Shown: piece by piece, positions 26,539 through 42,779 of the stretch
How positions within the stretch are numbered: the stretch's first letter is position 1
How the letters are laid out: each line of letters starts with the position of its first letter
NCBI GenBank assembly: GCA_964016885.1
Contig: OZ024742.1
Span: 182,094,001 to 182,158,000, forward strand
Direction of reading: 5' to 3'
DNA length: 64,000 nucleotides
DNA from: Eledone cirrhosa
Taxonomy: Eukaryota
Made by a program: the position numbers and the translations under genes
The notes under the pieces: generated by a model
The model's database searches: none
What the model saw: only the letters and a program-made list of their open reading frames with translations
What the model was told of the DNA's origin: nothing

Positions 26539-28693
26539 GTATGTATGTATGTTCTTCTGGTTTTATAATTTCACAAAGTTTTACCAATAGAGAGAGAGTC
26601 GGTTTCTAACATAGACACAAGACTCTCTCATTGGAATTTACACAACATCAACTAGGTAGATATGTATGCATGTCTGCATGTGTAGATATGGATGTTATTG
26701 TATATGTGGATGTGGATGTTTTGAGTTGTATGTGTGCATGTGTATATGCTTTGCATCTGTACATGTGTGTATGCAGTTATTAGATGCAACATTTTTGGAA
26801 TGTTTTACATATTTTTACTGTTCCATTAATGGATTGTACTTGTAGTTTCCTAACTAGTTGTGTTCTTTCTGTTCCTGTGAAGCCTAGCTTCTCAAGATTT
26901 GTATTGAAGCAGTTACTCACATACCCCAGTGCCCCAACAATCACTGGCATAAATCTGATGGTGTAATCAGGGTGGAGTATCTGCAGATTTCTCATCAGTT
27001 CTGCATAAATATTCTCCTTTTCATTAATCTTTGATATTATATTGGCATCTGCTGGGCAGCTAATTTCCACTACTGTGCATGCTTTCTTCTCCATGTCCCA
27101 TATCATAATATCTGGTCTGTTATGCCTGCATTTTATTTGGGGTTTTACTGGAACATTCCACCAGTACTCTTTCATATTATGTACATGGATGTCTTCCACA
27201 TTGTTGTAGCTTTTAATGTGTTTATTGTCGGGGCTATCTTTTTTACGAACTGCATTGTACAGTGTTTTGGCCACTACATCATGCCTCATAGGTAGATAGT
27301 ACCGCGATGACATCTTTGGACAGCTGCTGTTGATATGGGTGATATCCTAGATGTTAGTTCTGCAGAGTCTGCACTTGTTATCACATCTAGGTGTTTTGCC
27401 TGCATCCCTATCTCTTTTGTGAATCAGGTATTTCGTGTTAATCTCCGCAAAAGCGTATCCTTCAAAGTGGGAGCCAATATAGCGGTTATTGGTCCAAGAT
27501 AGACTACTTTCTTTATCTATATTACTCTCACTCGGGAGCTTCCTTCCCAACTCTCATGATCTTATCTGTTCCAGGCAGATAGACTTGCTCGAGAAACGGG
27601 CTCTTACGCTTCGAGGTTCGTAGATGTTGTCGGGGAGATATGATGCGTCATTCAAATGTTGTGTAGACTGATGTTAGGCCTCTGACTCCCTACTTACGTT
27701 TCAAGTAAAGGCGGTCCATGTCACTGTTGATGTGGAAGTTTCCGGTGTTGTTTAGTATTTTTCGAGTTCCAACATCAACTTCTCGGATTTCGTCTATCGT
27801 CCAATTGAGTATTCCAAACGTTGGTGTTAGGACAGGCACAGCAAACACATTGTGAGCCACTCTTTAGTTTTGCGCAGAGATTTCCGATGACCAGATCTTT
27901 CTTAATCGGGTGTAGTATTCCCTGGTTACGCGTTATTTATTACAGATACTATTATAGGATATATTTTCATCTATCCCCAGGTATATGTAGCAGTCCCCAT
28001 CATACATCGGTGAAACAGCCAGGCCATCGATGACAATGTCGCCAGATTGGGCCGTTGTTTTTTCCCGCCCTACAGCCATGCACGTGCATTCATCTTGGCC
28101 AAACTCCATCCCCACATCCCTTGAGAACATTGCAACCAAGTCAAGACTTTTCTTAATCCCATCCATGTTCTTGGTATAGAATTTCAGATCGTCCACAAAG
28201 AAATTATGGGCCAGGTTCGTATTTCTGTCCCCCCGTGAGCCAATGATGTATCCCTTACAGCAGAAAGGACAAGGGTTTAATGACAAGATGAATAATATCA
28301 CAGAGAGACTGTCCCCGTGAAATATACCCCTGCAATACTCCATTTTATCAGTGAAAATAGAGTCCTCCCTCTCTGTCTTTAACCTTAGGATAGTAGCCCA
28401 AGAGGAAGACAGCCTCTCTATGGCTCTGACAATAATGTCTGGGACTTTAGCAAGTTGGAGGGCCTCTATCATCCAAGAGTGGGGAACAGAATCTAAAGCT
28501 TTCCTGTAGTCCAGCCAGACTGTAGCCATATTCCTCCTAAGTTGTCGCACCTCCGACATCGCAGTTTTGTTGATTAGGAGTTGTTCAGCACATCCCCAAA
28601 CTCCTTTCTTGCCAGCTGCTTGTTCATCTGTGATGATGTTATTATTTTCACAGTGATCTTGGAGGAATAGGTTCAGGCAGGCTGTATACATCT
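26539..28693 (-). mobile_element. R4/Dong-like RLE non-LTR retrotransposon, 5'-truncated and degenerate
   Basis: ORF 27933..28691 is RT (WLDYRKALDSVPH, GIFHGDSLS, FFVDDLK); 27347..27550 has CRLC; 26780..27313 has RHD..HNRPDI..VEISCP..K..Y (PD-(D/E)xK restriction-like endonuclease); 3' UTR ends in (TACA)n. Confidence 0.9.
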
Positions 28694-28995
28694 TATGTAT
28701 GTATGTTCTTCTGGTTTTATAATTTCACAAAGTTTTACCAATAGAGAGAGAGTCGGTTTCTAACATAGACACAAGACTCTCTCATTGGAATTTACACAAC
28801 ATCAACTAGGTAGATATGTATGTATGCATGCATGTGTAGATATGGATGTTATTGTATGTGTGGATGTGGATGTTTTGAGTTTTATGTGTGCATGTGTATA
28901 TGCTTTGTATCTGTACATGTGTATATTCAGTTATTAGATGTAACATTTTTGGAATGTTTTACATATTTTTACTGTTCCATTAATGGATTGTATTT
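28694..28995 (-). mobile_element. Second 3' end of the same R4/Dong-like element, directly upstream and bounded by (TATG)n
   Basis: Near-identical to 26540-26840. Confidence 0.9.
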
Positions 28996-29482
28996 GTATG
29001 TATGTATGTATGTATGTATGTATGTATGTATGTATGTATGTATGTATGTATGTATGTATAGTGATAGATATTTTACTAGTAATGGAGTGTTTGTGCGTTG
29101 GTCATGTTTGTAGATGTATATTGTTGTTTTCAAGAACTGAAAATTGCAAAGAATTCGGTTTCTATATTAATAACGTCAGTGTGGAATTTTTGCGTGAGCC
29201 AAAACGAATTGTGAGCACTGAATTCACTGAGGACAATGACATATACGGAGGTGTGAAGTGGGGTAGCTGGCCTCAATGTCAGAAAATATATGGTAGAAAT
29301 ATTGGTACTTGATGCAGTTTGGAAACTGGTATAAAAAGCATATATATTTAGAGGAGTGGATGAATGATATTTTGCGCCAGATTAACTTTTTCCTTTCCAC
29401 ATTTCTCATGAAATACATTAATTATTATTTTAGTAGCATTTAAATATAAATACGTTAAAATTTACTCGTCCTGTTAATGTCT

Positions 29483-29703
29483 ACAATGGCTTCTGATTTA
29501 GGCACAAGGACAACACTTTTGTGGAAGGGGAAAGTCGATTAAATCGACCCCAGTTCGTTACTGGTACTTTATTTTATCGACTCCGTAAGGATGAAAGGAA
29601 AGCTAACCTCGGTGGGATTTGAAATCAGAACAGAAAGGGCCGTAACTCTATGTCCCGAAGCATGTTTCAAATGCTCTGCCGATACGGCCAGTCCAATAGG
29701 CGC
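29483..29703 (-). mobile_element. tRNA-derived SINE (main family)
   Basis: Matches other copies. Confidence 0.8.
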
Positions 29704-29959
29704 TCGATATATATAATGCAGAAAATCGGGTAATATAGAAAAACCAGATAGAGACGCCTACGAGTAATGGAACACCGCGTTTTTAATATAAAGAGCTCAA
29801 TATCACAGAGCTAGGCACGTTTTTAGGTAAATTATTAAGAGAAGAGGTGCGTAGCGAAGAGAATGGAATCTAAATGTGAACAGTCACTAATTTATGGAGT
29901 GACGCTAGGAAACAGAATGTAAGCAATGAAACTGGATATAAACCATAGATAAGTGTGTG

Positions 29960-30300
29960 AAAGATATGTGGCTAGGAGAGTTATATGATTAGAGGTGTGT
30001 CCAGGAAAGGGAGAAGTTGAGAGCTATGTCTGCGAGTGGTGTAGGATTAAAGGTGTGATTTTTAGAGATGAAAGATGAGAGGTATTTGTTTGGGAGAGGT
30101 ATTGGGTTAGATATGTGTCTTGGAGAGATATAAGACTAGAGGTGTGTCTGGGAGAGGGAAAGAATGTGAGGTGTTTCTGGGTGTCTTGGGGAGGTATGTG
30201 GCTAGCGGGGGCTGCGTTTCTGGGAGAGATATGTCGCTGAGAGAGGTATTGTATATGAGGGATATGTCTGGGAAAGATATAGGATGAGAGGTATAGGTTG
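29960..30300. repeat. Degenerate ~30 bp tandem repeat (gaggtgtgtctgggagaggtataggatta-like)
   Basis: Recurring gtgtctgggagag motif. Confidence 0.6.
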
Positions 30301-30679
30301 TACGTTTTACATGTGGGTTTGAAATGAGAACTGGGTCTAGCTGAGATCAGTGATCAATGTGTGAGGTCTCAAAATAATAAAAGACTTCTAGCTCTGACCA
30401 TTCCATTCGTTTTATTCTTCTGGCAGAGCTGTTATAAGCCATGACTTGACTCTCAGGATTTTAGGTTTTCGAATACCTTCTGAAATTTCTGTCTGTCACC
30501 CCCGCACAGATGATACAGTATGTTTAATTAATACAAAGAATCAAACAGAAAATTTAACACTATACAGGCAAAACGACATTTAATCATTACTATGTATTGA
30601 TAGTTAATTTCACGATATATGTTTATTATTAAGTTTCTAGGTAAATTTTTAAATTATTATTATTATTCTTTTAAAACTT

Positions 30680-32150
30680 CCTTTGAATTCTGCTTTTCGG
30701 TGGTGTATTATATTACAGGTGAAAAGTTTCCTGATTTTGGTGTCCATTCTCTTAATTTCATTAACGTTCCAATTTCTGATATTGAAACTGTAAGTGACAA
30801 ATGGGATTGTAAGTATTTATGGTAGATAATTTATTTCTCGAGTTAATCTCAGTTTCCAAGACAGTACGTACTCTCCCCTCATCATTTCAATTTTTTTCTC
30901 AGTTTTTATCTTCCAGTGTAGTTTTTTATGAGTGTTGTGTCCTTTTCGCTTTTTCCTTAACCCACATTTTCTTTCTATTACTGTTGCTGCTGCATAAATA
31001 ACCTTATTCAATTCTGATATATCAAGGTGCTAGGTATGTTACTGTGATACTATTGCAGTTAAATTTGTTCATGTACTTGGAAGGCATGTTATGGGCCTGT
31101 ATTTTGGCATTATTATTAGAGAGTCAGTAGCTAAGGGCTGTGGATTGGCAGTATCGGTAGAGGGTCGGACGCCATGCTTTGCCGCATAGAGTTACGGCCC
31201 TTTATGATCTGAGTTCAAATCCCGCCGAGGTTAACTTTGCCTTTCATCCTTACGGGGTCGATAAAATAAAGTACCAGTCATGCACTGGGGTCAATTTCAT
31301 CGACTTTTCCCTCCCCCCCAAAAAAATGTCTGGCCTTGTGCCTAAATAAGAAACCATTATTAGAGAGTCGGACACCATGCTTTCCAGCATAGTTACGTCC
31401 CTTTACGGTCTGAGTTCAAATCCCGCCGAGGTTAACTTTGCCTTTCATCCTTACGGGGTCGATAAAATAAAGTACCAGTAATGAACTAGTAAATTGCTGG
31501 CTTTGTGCCAAAAATAGAAACAATTATTATTGGGGATTGGCGTGGGTTTTTCTCCTTAGTCAGTCAGTCAGGTGTTTTTCTGGCTCTGTCAGCATCTCAT
31601 TAAACTTTTTTGCAAGTACACCATGAGTCTCTGGTAAATATTCCAACCAACAGTTTGGGATCTTGTCACCACCCGGCACCTCTCAGTTGCTTGATTTTTT
31701 TCAGTGTACTAGACACATCATCTGTTGTAATATTTTTCCCCAGTTGTTCAGGTGCGCTGATCGTTGTTTTTGAAAATTCTATGCAGTGTAATTTTTATTT
31801 TCCTTTTACCCATAACCTTCTCCAGAACTCTTCCAATCCTTTTACTTTCAGGACTACATTTACCCCTATCTTGCTCCTATTAAATTCCTAGTAGAGTCAT
31901 TTTGGGCTTGAGTGAAATAGCTGGTTTTGTTCAAAAGACTTTGGTAATTTTCATATCTCCGGTTTCTTTCCGCCTTTCTGTTATATTATGTGTATTGGGA
32001 ATTGTTTCTGACCTATTTATAGGTTTGTTAATTTGTTTCCTCTTTCATTTATGATAGAGAGATCTATTCATTCATTTTCTATATTTTTCTGGATCTTTGA
32101 TTTCCATATTTGCATTGGTTTTGTTATTTTTGTTTGTGGAAATTTATAAG
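30680..32150 (-). mobile_element. Degenerate fragments of the pre-RT region of an R4/Dong-like ORF, interrupted by two SINEs
   Basis: INKVIYAAATVI..WKIKTEKKIE (30850-31011); WKSKIQKNIE, KAERNRRYE, FWRRLW and PGGDKIPNCWL (31640-32130). Confidence 0.65.
31134..31530 (+). mobile_element. Two head-to-tail tRNA-derived SINEs
   Basis: A box, B box GAGTTCAAATCC, central domain and (ATT)n tail. Confidence 0.88.
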
Positions 32151-32184
32151 GGTACCCAATTTCTTTCGTAACTATTGCCTCATT

Positions 32185-32545
32185 ACAAATCTTGAGAAGC
32201 TGAGCTTCACAAAATAAGAAAGGGCACAGCTTAGTTAGGAAGTTGAAATGCAATCCATTAATGGAATCGTAAAAATATGTAAAACATTTCAGAAATTCTG
32301 CATATATCCGTATACAGATACAGAAACATATTTTCGTGTACACATATAACTCAAAACGTGCAATTCACACATTCAATGACATCCATACCAGCACCCATGA
32401 ACACATAAATACATACAGACATACATATTTACCTAGTTGATGTAGTCTAAACTCCAATGAAAGAGTCTTGTTTCTATGTTAGAAGCCGGTTCTCTCTATC
32501 TATGGGTGGTAATTTATAAAATAATAGAACGAGAAGAACATTCAT
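32185..32545 (+). mobile_element. Diverged 3' end of the R4/Dong-like element
   Basis: Reverse complement of 26540-26900 (..QSINGIVKICKTFQKF.. plus UTR). Confidence 0.8.
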
Positions 32546-33067
32546 ATATGAGTATATATATGGTTAGAAATGTATACATATGTATACATATTGCCATGAC
32601 GCAAGCAGATTGCAAAATCCTTTTAAGCATAAGAGACTTAAGGCTCAGGTAAGAGTACCACAGAACAAAAGACTGATGTACCTCTATTCTTTATTTCAGC
32701 CTAGTCAATGTTATGAATAATACGATCCTATTTTCAGACAGTATATCAAGAGGCACATTGGCTAGTGAAACTGCTTGGTATTATCATAATATTATTGAAC
32801 TACCAGTAATGCACTGGTTAATTGCTGGCCTTGTGCCTAAAGTAGAAACAATTATCATAATATTATTGAAAGTTACACATTGGATTCGAATTTTTATGTT
32901 TAATAGAGACGTGCTTAGTTTGTATCCAGATTAGCACTATGTACACACTAAATATAATACACCTGATGATGTTAGAAGGTCAACACTATCGGAATGCCGA
33001 GGGCATTTCAGATGATTTCATGCGAATGAAACATTTCTAGTCTTGTAGTAGCCATTTCTATATTAAA

Positions 33068-33291
33068 TAATCATTTCTTATATAGGCACAAGGCCAGCGA
33101 TTTTTTTTTAGGGGGGGGGGGGGGGGGGCGATTAAATCGACCCCAGTGCGTGACTTTATTTTATAGACCCACGTAAAGATGAGCGACAATGTGAACCTCA
33201 GCGGGATTTGAACTCAGATCATAAAGGGCCGTAACTCTATGCTGCAAAGCATGGCGCCCGACCTCTATCGATACTGCTAATCCACCGCCCT
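33068..33291 (-). mobile_element. tRNA-derived SINE (main family)
   Basis: Matches other copies. Confidence 0.85.
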
Positions 33292-33450
33292 ATTTCAATA
33301 TTAAATAATGATGTTTATACTCTACTAATGTATTGAGTACCTATTTTAACTGTGGTTACTCCCAATTTTAATCAGAATCTACACATATATATATATATAA
33401 ATATATATATATAAACTTATATATAGATAGATAATATATATATGTAATAT

Positions 33451-33494
<44 letters not shown>

Positions 33495-33504
33495 TATATT
33501 ATAA

Positions 33505-34332
<828 letters not shown>

Positions 34333-34738
34333 AATAAGGGCGCTGCGGAGTTGCAAATGAGTTACATATGAAAAAAGTTAGTCCTTCATCAGTGATCTTC
34401 CAACCATCACAGGTATTTCATCGCTTTAAATACCATATACCTCCGGTTGGTGCGAGCAACGGCTAAAAAAAGTCGTTGGGACACGTAAATAAAGGGGACG
34501 CGAGGGTAAACAAACAAAATGGTGAAGCAACAGAAAGTGAGGAAGAAAGAGACAAGTCCCAGATTTCTATGGATTTAAATTCGGTGAAATCGTGAACGAG
34601 AGAATAAAGACCATCAAACCTGGTTGAAATGTGAGTTAGGAAGGAATTTCGCACAGGTCTAACGGGAGGAAGAAGGGGTCTGGTCTGCGAATTCGGTAAA
34701 CATAAGTTCTGTGAAATCGTAGACGAGAGAGAGAAAAA

Positions 34739-34789
<51 letters not shown>

Positions 34790-35161
34790 CTAGCTGATTT
34801 GCAGCTTTAACCAAAAGTCTTACATAATTGTCTCTTCACAGTTAAATGCAATACCGAATCATGGCTGTTGGCGTTATATGCTGACGTATCTGTTCAAAGC
34901 AGCCATAAAAAGAATTGAAAGACGTTTTTACCTGATTGCCAGACATATGGTTTTCAACTATTATTAGCTTGCTTTTTATCATACATAGATATGCATATAC
35001 ATATTTATGCACACAAACACACACATATATATGTACATATACATAGATACATACAGACACATATATAACTATGTAGTCTATGTAGATATATTCATATATC
35101 TATGTAGATATATTCATATATCTATGCATGAATATTTATGTTCATGTTTGTGTATACACGT

Positions 35162-35229
<68 letters not shown>

Positions 35230-35277
35230 ATATACTGTATATATATATATACTCTATATGTATATATATATATATAT

Positions 35278-35440
35278 AGGAAAAAGTATGACCCCGACGG
35301 CAGAGCTCAAGCCGTTTCGAAACGGCTTGAGTTCTGCCGTCGGGGTCATACTTTTTCCTATTTCCCACTCTACTACCCTAAGTATTGAGTACTCTGGCGC
35401 GTTATGGTCCATCTGGTTCCTTACCACAATTCCTTTGTTA
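35278..35440 (+). mobile_element. HHR-family A terminus with snap-back centred on TTTCGAAA
   Basis: ~40 bp near-perfect palindrome followed by the family 3' extension and (TA)n. Confidence 0.85.
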
Positions 35441-36151
35441 TATATATATATATGTATATATATGTGTGTGTGTGTTTATGTATGTGTGTGTATGTGTGTA
35501 TGTGTGTGTTTGTATATATATATGTATGTGTGTGTATGTGTGTATGTGTGTGTTTGTATATATATATATGTATATATATGTATGTATATATATATATATA
35601 TGTATGTATGTGTGTGTATGTGTGTATGTGTGTGTTTGTATATATATATATATGTATGTGTGTGTATGTACTATATATGATTATTTGCAATTGTACTGCA
35701 TTCCATTGCTATTGGAAGATTAACTTATTTTTTTCTTCTATGTTATATTTTTTGTTCTGTTTTCAAATATAAATTTTTAGTATCATTTTCTATATTGTTT
35801 TATTTATTTTGCTTGTGGCTTTACCAAAGATCTTGTTCGATAGTTTAACATTCAGTAACATCATTGAATTTCCACCACTACCTCCGACACCATCGAAACC
35901 TTGATTTATATGAACCGCCCGCACACACATACATACATACATACATACATACATACATACATACATACATACATACATACAAACATACATATATTCATAC
36001 GTAAGAAAACATATATACACGTACAAGACACACAAACGCACATATGTACTGAGGCAAGAGTACCTACACATGCACTTCTCCAAACACACATATACACTTA
36101 CGTAGAGAAACGAACAAACATAAATATATACAAATATGTACAAACGTATCT

Positions 36152-36227
<76 letters not shown>

Positions 36228-36529
36228 ACAGTCACACATATACACACAATCCCTTTCAGACGCACACATGAGCGTACACGTATGCGTTTACAAACAAACA
36301 TATACACACAAGTACAGACAATCCCGTTCAGACGCTCATTCAGGCACACATATTCCCGTACAGACAAACACATACACACACCCACAGACACATATATACA
36401 CAATTACAGAGACTCGTATATAGACGCACAAATACATACAACAAATACACTCCTCCAAACACACATATACACACACTTACGTAGAGAAAAGAACAAACAT
36501 AAATGTATACAAATATGTACAAACACACA

Positions 36530-37285
36530 TATATACACACACGTAAGGACACACGTCAATACATATACACGTAAGGACACACATATATACACACACGTAA
36601 GAACGCACGTCAATACATATACACGTAAGGACACACATATATACACACACGTAAGGACGCACGTCAATACATATACACGTAAGGACACATATATATACAC
36701 ACACGTAAGGACGCACGTCAATACATATACACGTAAGGACACACATATATACACACACGTAAGGACACACGTCAATACATATACACGTAAGGACACACAT
36801 ATATATACACACACGTAAGGACGCACGTCAATACATATACACGTAAGGGCACACATATATACACACACGTACGGATACTCATATAATACATACAAAGATG
36901 CGCACAGGCGCATACACGCAGGTACGGACACACACACGTACAGACATACATAACCAATACACGCACAAACGCACATACAGACAGACATATATATACAGAC
37001 ACACACACGCACGTACGGACACACACACACACACACACGTACAGACATACATAACTAATACACGCACAAACGCACATACAGACAGACATATATATATATA
37101 CAGACACACACACGCACGTACGGACACACACACACACACACGTACAGACATACATAACCAATACACGCACAAACGCACATATATACAGACAGACATATAT
37201 ATACAGACACACACACGCACGTACGGACACACACACACGTACAGACACACATAACCAATACACGCACAAACGCACATATATACAC
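36530..37285. repeat. Two minisatellites: ~54 bp unit (36530-36870) and ~92 bp unit (36920-37285)
   Basis: Repeating acgtaaggacgcacgtcaatacatatac and cgtacagacatacataaccaatacacgcacaaacgc. Confidence 0.9.
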
Positions 37286-37639
37286 ACATACAGACACAGA
37301 CACACGCATACTTTCAGATACGCACGTACAGGCACACAGGCACACATAAGCACAGACAAACACGTGCAGACACATACACACACACATACGCATACTTGCA
37401 GAGACACACTATGTATACAGACACGTATCTATACACCGAGGAGTCCCGAAGCGGCGAACCCATAGATAAAGTGGAAAGATATTGCTTTCGCTTACTGATA
37501 TTGTTCCAGATTTTTCTCCATGTAAAAAGGAATCTTACGAGTTTATCGCATTATCTACTGCAGTTGCTGGCAGGGGCCAACAGAGCCGAAACTTTTGTCA
37601 GTGGAGACGGAATACAAAGGCTCTCAGGCGCACAGAAGC

Positions 37640-38535
<896 letters not shown>

Positions 38536-39168
38536 TGAAATAAATGCCAGGAGGTTTAGAACACAAACAACAGCTGTACCGGATGTAAGTCAAAGTAGTC
38601 TTCCGTTTACCGGCTCATATCATTCACTTTAGTTTTCTCCCTAGTTTTTATTTTTCCATTCCTTTTTTCTTTATCCTTCGTCCTACCTCTTGTTCTCATT
38701 TTCCCTCCCTTTTTCTCCCATTATCTTTCTATTTTTTTGGTTTCTCTCACTCTCCATCATTCTTTCTTCTTTTCTCCCATTCTCCTTTTCTTTCTTCTTT
38801 TTCTTCTACCTATTTTCTTTCTACACTCTCTTTCCCTTAATGTTTCCCATTATTTCGTCCTTCCAATATTTCTAACTCTTTTTCTCATTCTTTTTGCCAC
38901 CATTTCTTCTTTTTCTCTTTATTTCTCCCTTTATTGAATGAATGAACTATATAGACAGAAGAAGAGAGAGAGAGAGAGAGAGGGGGGGGGGGGAGAGGGA
39001 GAGGGAGAGGGAGAGGGAGAGGACGAGAGTCCATGTAAGCCTATGTCCGAGTAGACACAGCTTTCATTGTGTGTGTACAGGTGATCATGTAAATATTAAA
39101 ATAAACGGACACGCATATATGTATGTATGTATGTATGTATGTATTATCCATGTATGCATGTATGTTGG

Positions 39169-39228
<60 letters not shown>

Positions 39229-39589
39229 TGATGGTAGCTAAGATGCTTCCGTAGTCGGTATGCCGGTTGAGAACTCTATGTTCTTAAAGAGCAGAGTATG
39301 ATATAATATAAACCCAAAAATCATCCCCAAAAAATGATGCATCTGAACTCAATTTATTGTGTGTGTGTGTGTGCGTGCGTGTGTGCATATATTGTGTATA
39401 TATATATATATATATATATACAACAAGACCATACATACTTTAACTAGAACGTGAACAAATCCAAACCAAGCCCATGTCAACCTCGAACCCAAACAAACGC
39501 TAACCACAATCCTACAACCAATATTTCACCCAAAATGATCAATTAAATTCAAACACGTCCTTCAAAACCGTACTCCAGCTTAATGGAAA

Positions 39590-40390
39590 TTCCACTCTAG
39601 CGTTCTATAGAAGACTAGCAGTGGACAAGTGAGATGTCATTCTCGGAAAAAATCAGGGCCTCAACGAGAACGAACAAGTCAGTCTTTTCTGGAGAATTTA
39701 CGGTCCGAGGACTATGGACAATTTACAGAAATCCCTGGTCTGGCAGTGCTATCGAGAAGCACTGCCGATTCGAGACAAATTCTACAGGCATGGAAGGGCT
39801 GTCAGACCGAGCTGTCTGTGATGCACACAGAGCGATGAAACCACTCTGCACGAATATATCCAATGCTTGATTATTGCTGAATTGTGGAGTTTTATCAAAC
39901 AGCTACTATGCGGGTAGGACGGATTCGGCTATCGACTCCATCATAAAGATCATCCCGACGCTTTCTTTTGCCCGAGAAAATGCTGTGTGGTGGACGCGGC
40001 TGAAAGGACTGAAAGCAGACACTTTCCTCTTTGGACAATCCCTCTTCAACTTTTTAAAGTTTCATTTGAAAAGGAAGATGAGGGTGGAGAGGGAAGCGCT
40101 TCCCCCAACCCAGTTCATTTGTTAAAGGTGGGTGAATGTAGCGATAATGACCTGAGTGGATAGGCCTATTCGGACCATGCGCCTGTAGGCTGCAGTTTAG
40201 AGTGGAGAGGAGCATCTTCATATGGTAATTAGGGTAGTTCCGGACCCGTGGGGTTCCTAAACTACCCCCTGGTTGGTACTTCCCCTAATTCGGGAATTTT
40301 TATTGTTATTAATTTATTATATATTTTTAATTTGTTCCTTTTTTTTTTTTGTAAAATCCCATCGTCCCTGTCTTTTGTAATTTCCTATAT
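39590..40390 (+). mobile_element. L1/Tx1-clade LINE ORF2 C-terminal fragment and 3' UTR
   Basis: MDNLQKSLVWQCYREALPIRDKFYRHG..PSCL*C..DETTLH..QC (zf-RVT CCHC), then VWWTRLKGLK..FLKFHLKRKMRVERE. Confidence 0.8.
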
Positions 40391-40403
40391 GTTTCGGCCC
40401 TTT

Positions 40404-41008
40404 TCGCCGATAAAGCCGAGGTTGACTTTGCCTTTCATCCTTACGGGGTCGATAAAATAAAGTACCAGTATGCACTGGGTAATTTCTGGCCTTGTGCCTC
40501 CTAAAGTGGAAACAATTATTATCAATGATAGTAATGGTGGTTGAAGCAGTTGTGATGGTAGAGGTTGTGGAAGTATTGTGTGAGTGTTGTAATAATTGTT
40601 TCTACATTAGGCACAAGGCCAGCAATTTGGGGAGAGGGGGCAGTCGATTATATCGACCCAAGTGCATTACTGGTACTTTACTTTATCGACCCCGTAAGGA
40701 TGAAAGGCAAAGCTAACCTCGGCGGGATTTGAACTCAGAACGTAAAGGGCCGTAACTCAATACCACAAAGAATGTTGTCCGACGCTCTACCGATACTGCT
40801 AATCCACCACCCTTGTGAGAGTTGTAATAATTGTTTCTACTTTTGGTACAAGGCCAGCAATTATCCCAATGTATTACTAGTACTTTATTTTATCGACCCC
40901 GTAAGGATGAAAGGCAAAGTTAACCTCGGCGGGATTTGAACTCAGACCAGACAGGGCCGTAACTCCATGCTGTAAAGCATGGCGTCAGACTCTCTAGCGA
41001 TACTGCCA
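40404..41008. mobile_element. Cluster of three SINE copies (40404-40522 +, 40590-40812 -, 40826-41008 -)
   Basis: Match the main SINE family. Confidence 0.85.
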
Positions 41009-41361
41009 GAGTTGTAATAATGATAGTAGTAGTTGTAGTGGTAATAGTTCTCAATAATCTGCCTCCATATAGCAAAGTCCACTGGTCAGATATCCACCCT
41101 CCTTCTTATCATATATAATGATGGACTTTCTTTTCTCTTCCCTCCACTATTCTTCAGCTATCACCCCTCTATACATCTCTTTCACCTCTTCACTTTAAGT
41201 TTCCTCTTTACCTCTCTCGTGTTATCGATCCGGTAGAGATACTTCTGTAGCTATAACACCCCTTTACACTGTCTCCTTTCTTTATCTTTCACCCATCTAT
41301 TTTTCTTTTACTCTATCTTTCTATCTCTGTTCCTTTCCCTCTTGCCCTTTCTCTCTGTAAA

Positions 41362-41508
<147 letters not shown>

Positions 41509-41586
41509 CAAACAAAACACAGGAGGCAATTTTATACAGTTATATATATATATGAAACAAACAAAACACAGGAGGCAATTTTATAG

Positions 41587-41658
<72 letters not shown>

Positions 41659-42491
41659 ACACATATTTCTCTCTCATAATCTTGATCCTTCTTTTCTCGT
41701 TCTGACTTGTGTTTTTCTTTTAGAAATAATCAATGTGATCGGCAACTCCTTTCATTCTCGCCAATACCAAGTTTACATGCAATGCATGTGTATACATGTT
41801 ACAAAATATGCATATGTACATATATTTATGTGCATATGTACATGCATGAGTGCCTATGTCTGTGTCTGTGTATTTCTTCCATTTTTCTTTCTTTTCAGAT
41901 ATCTTCTGTTTCTTTTTGTTGTTATTTTTGTTTTACATTTTTCTTTATCGTTTGATTCAGGCGATTTAGTATTTAGTCAGATGTCGACCGTCTTTAAAGA
42001 GCGAAGAGTTACCATTAAACACGTTAAACACAGCACATCATAGCCGCAGCAAATAGCGCAATTTCCACGGCGAAATTGTTCTCTTTCTACACACTAAGTT
42101 GAGGGCTGTAATAGCTGAAATTATAGCTTTACGATCGAACTGGATCAATAACTGGCACCACAGTAATCTGTATCTTAGGTGGGGGAGGATAAATAAAAGC
42201 TCATCATCAATAGTCTAATATGAGACCTCACTAATTAGCTAAACCAAACGATAAATATGTTTCTGGCGTTATATAAAAAAGAAAAAGGAAATCGTTAAAC
42301 AAAATGGCGACTTGCTCACGATACTTTCTTGATCGTAAAGGCAACTCTATGTGGAAGGAATGATACCGACTGTGTTAGTTCAGTGAAGTTTGATATAAGT
42401 ATTGGAGTTATTATTATTGGAACACTTGTTAAGGCATGGAAGGAAAACATTCCCGTATATATATATATCTATATCTATATCAAATTCTATA

Positions 42492-42685
42492 ATAATAATT
42501 GTTTCTACTTTTAGCACAAGGCCAGCAATTACCCACTACATTACTGGTACTTTATTTTTTCGACCCCGTAAGGATGAAAGGCAAAGTTAACCTCGGCGGG
42601 ATTCGACCTCAGATCGCAAAGGGAAGTAACTATGCTGCAAAGCATGGCGCCCGACCCTCTACCGATACTGCCAATTCACCGCCCT
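42492..42685 (-). mobile_element. tRNA-derived SINE (main family)
   Basis: Matches other copies. Confidence 0.85.
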
Positions 42686-42779
42686 CTATAATAATAATGA
42701 GAAGAAGAAGAAGAAGAAGAAGAAGAAGAAGAAGAAGAAGAAGAAGAAGAAGAAGAAGAAGAAGAAGAGAAAAATGTTT

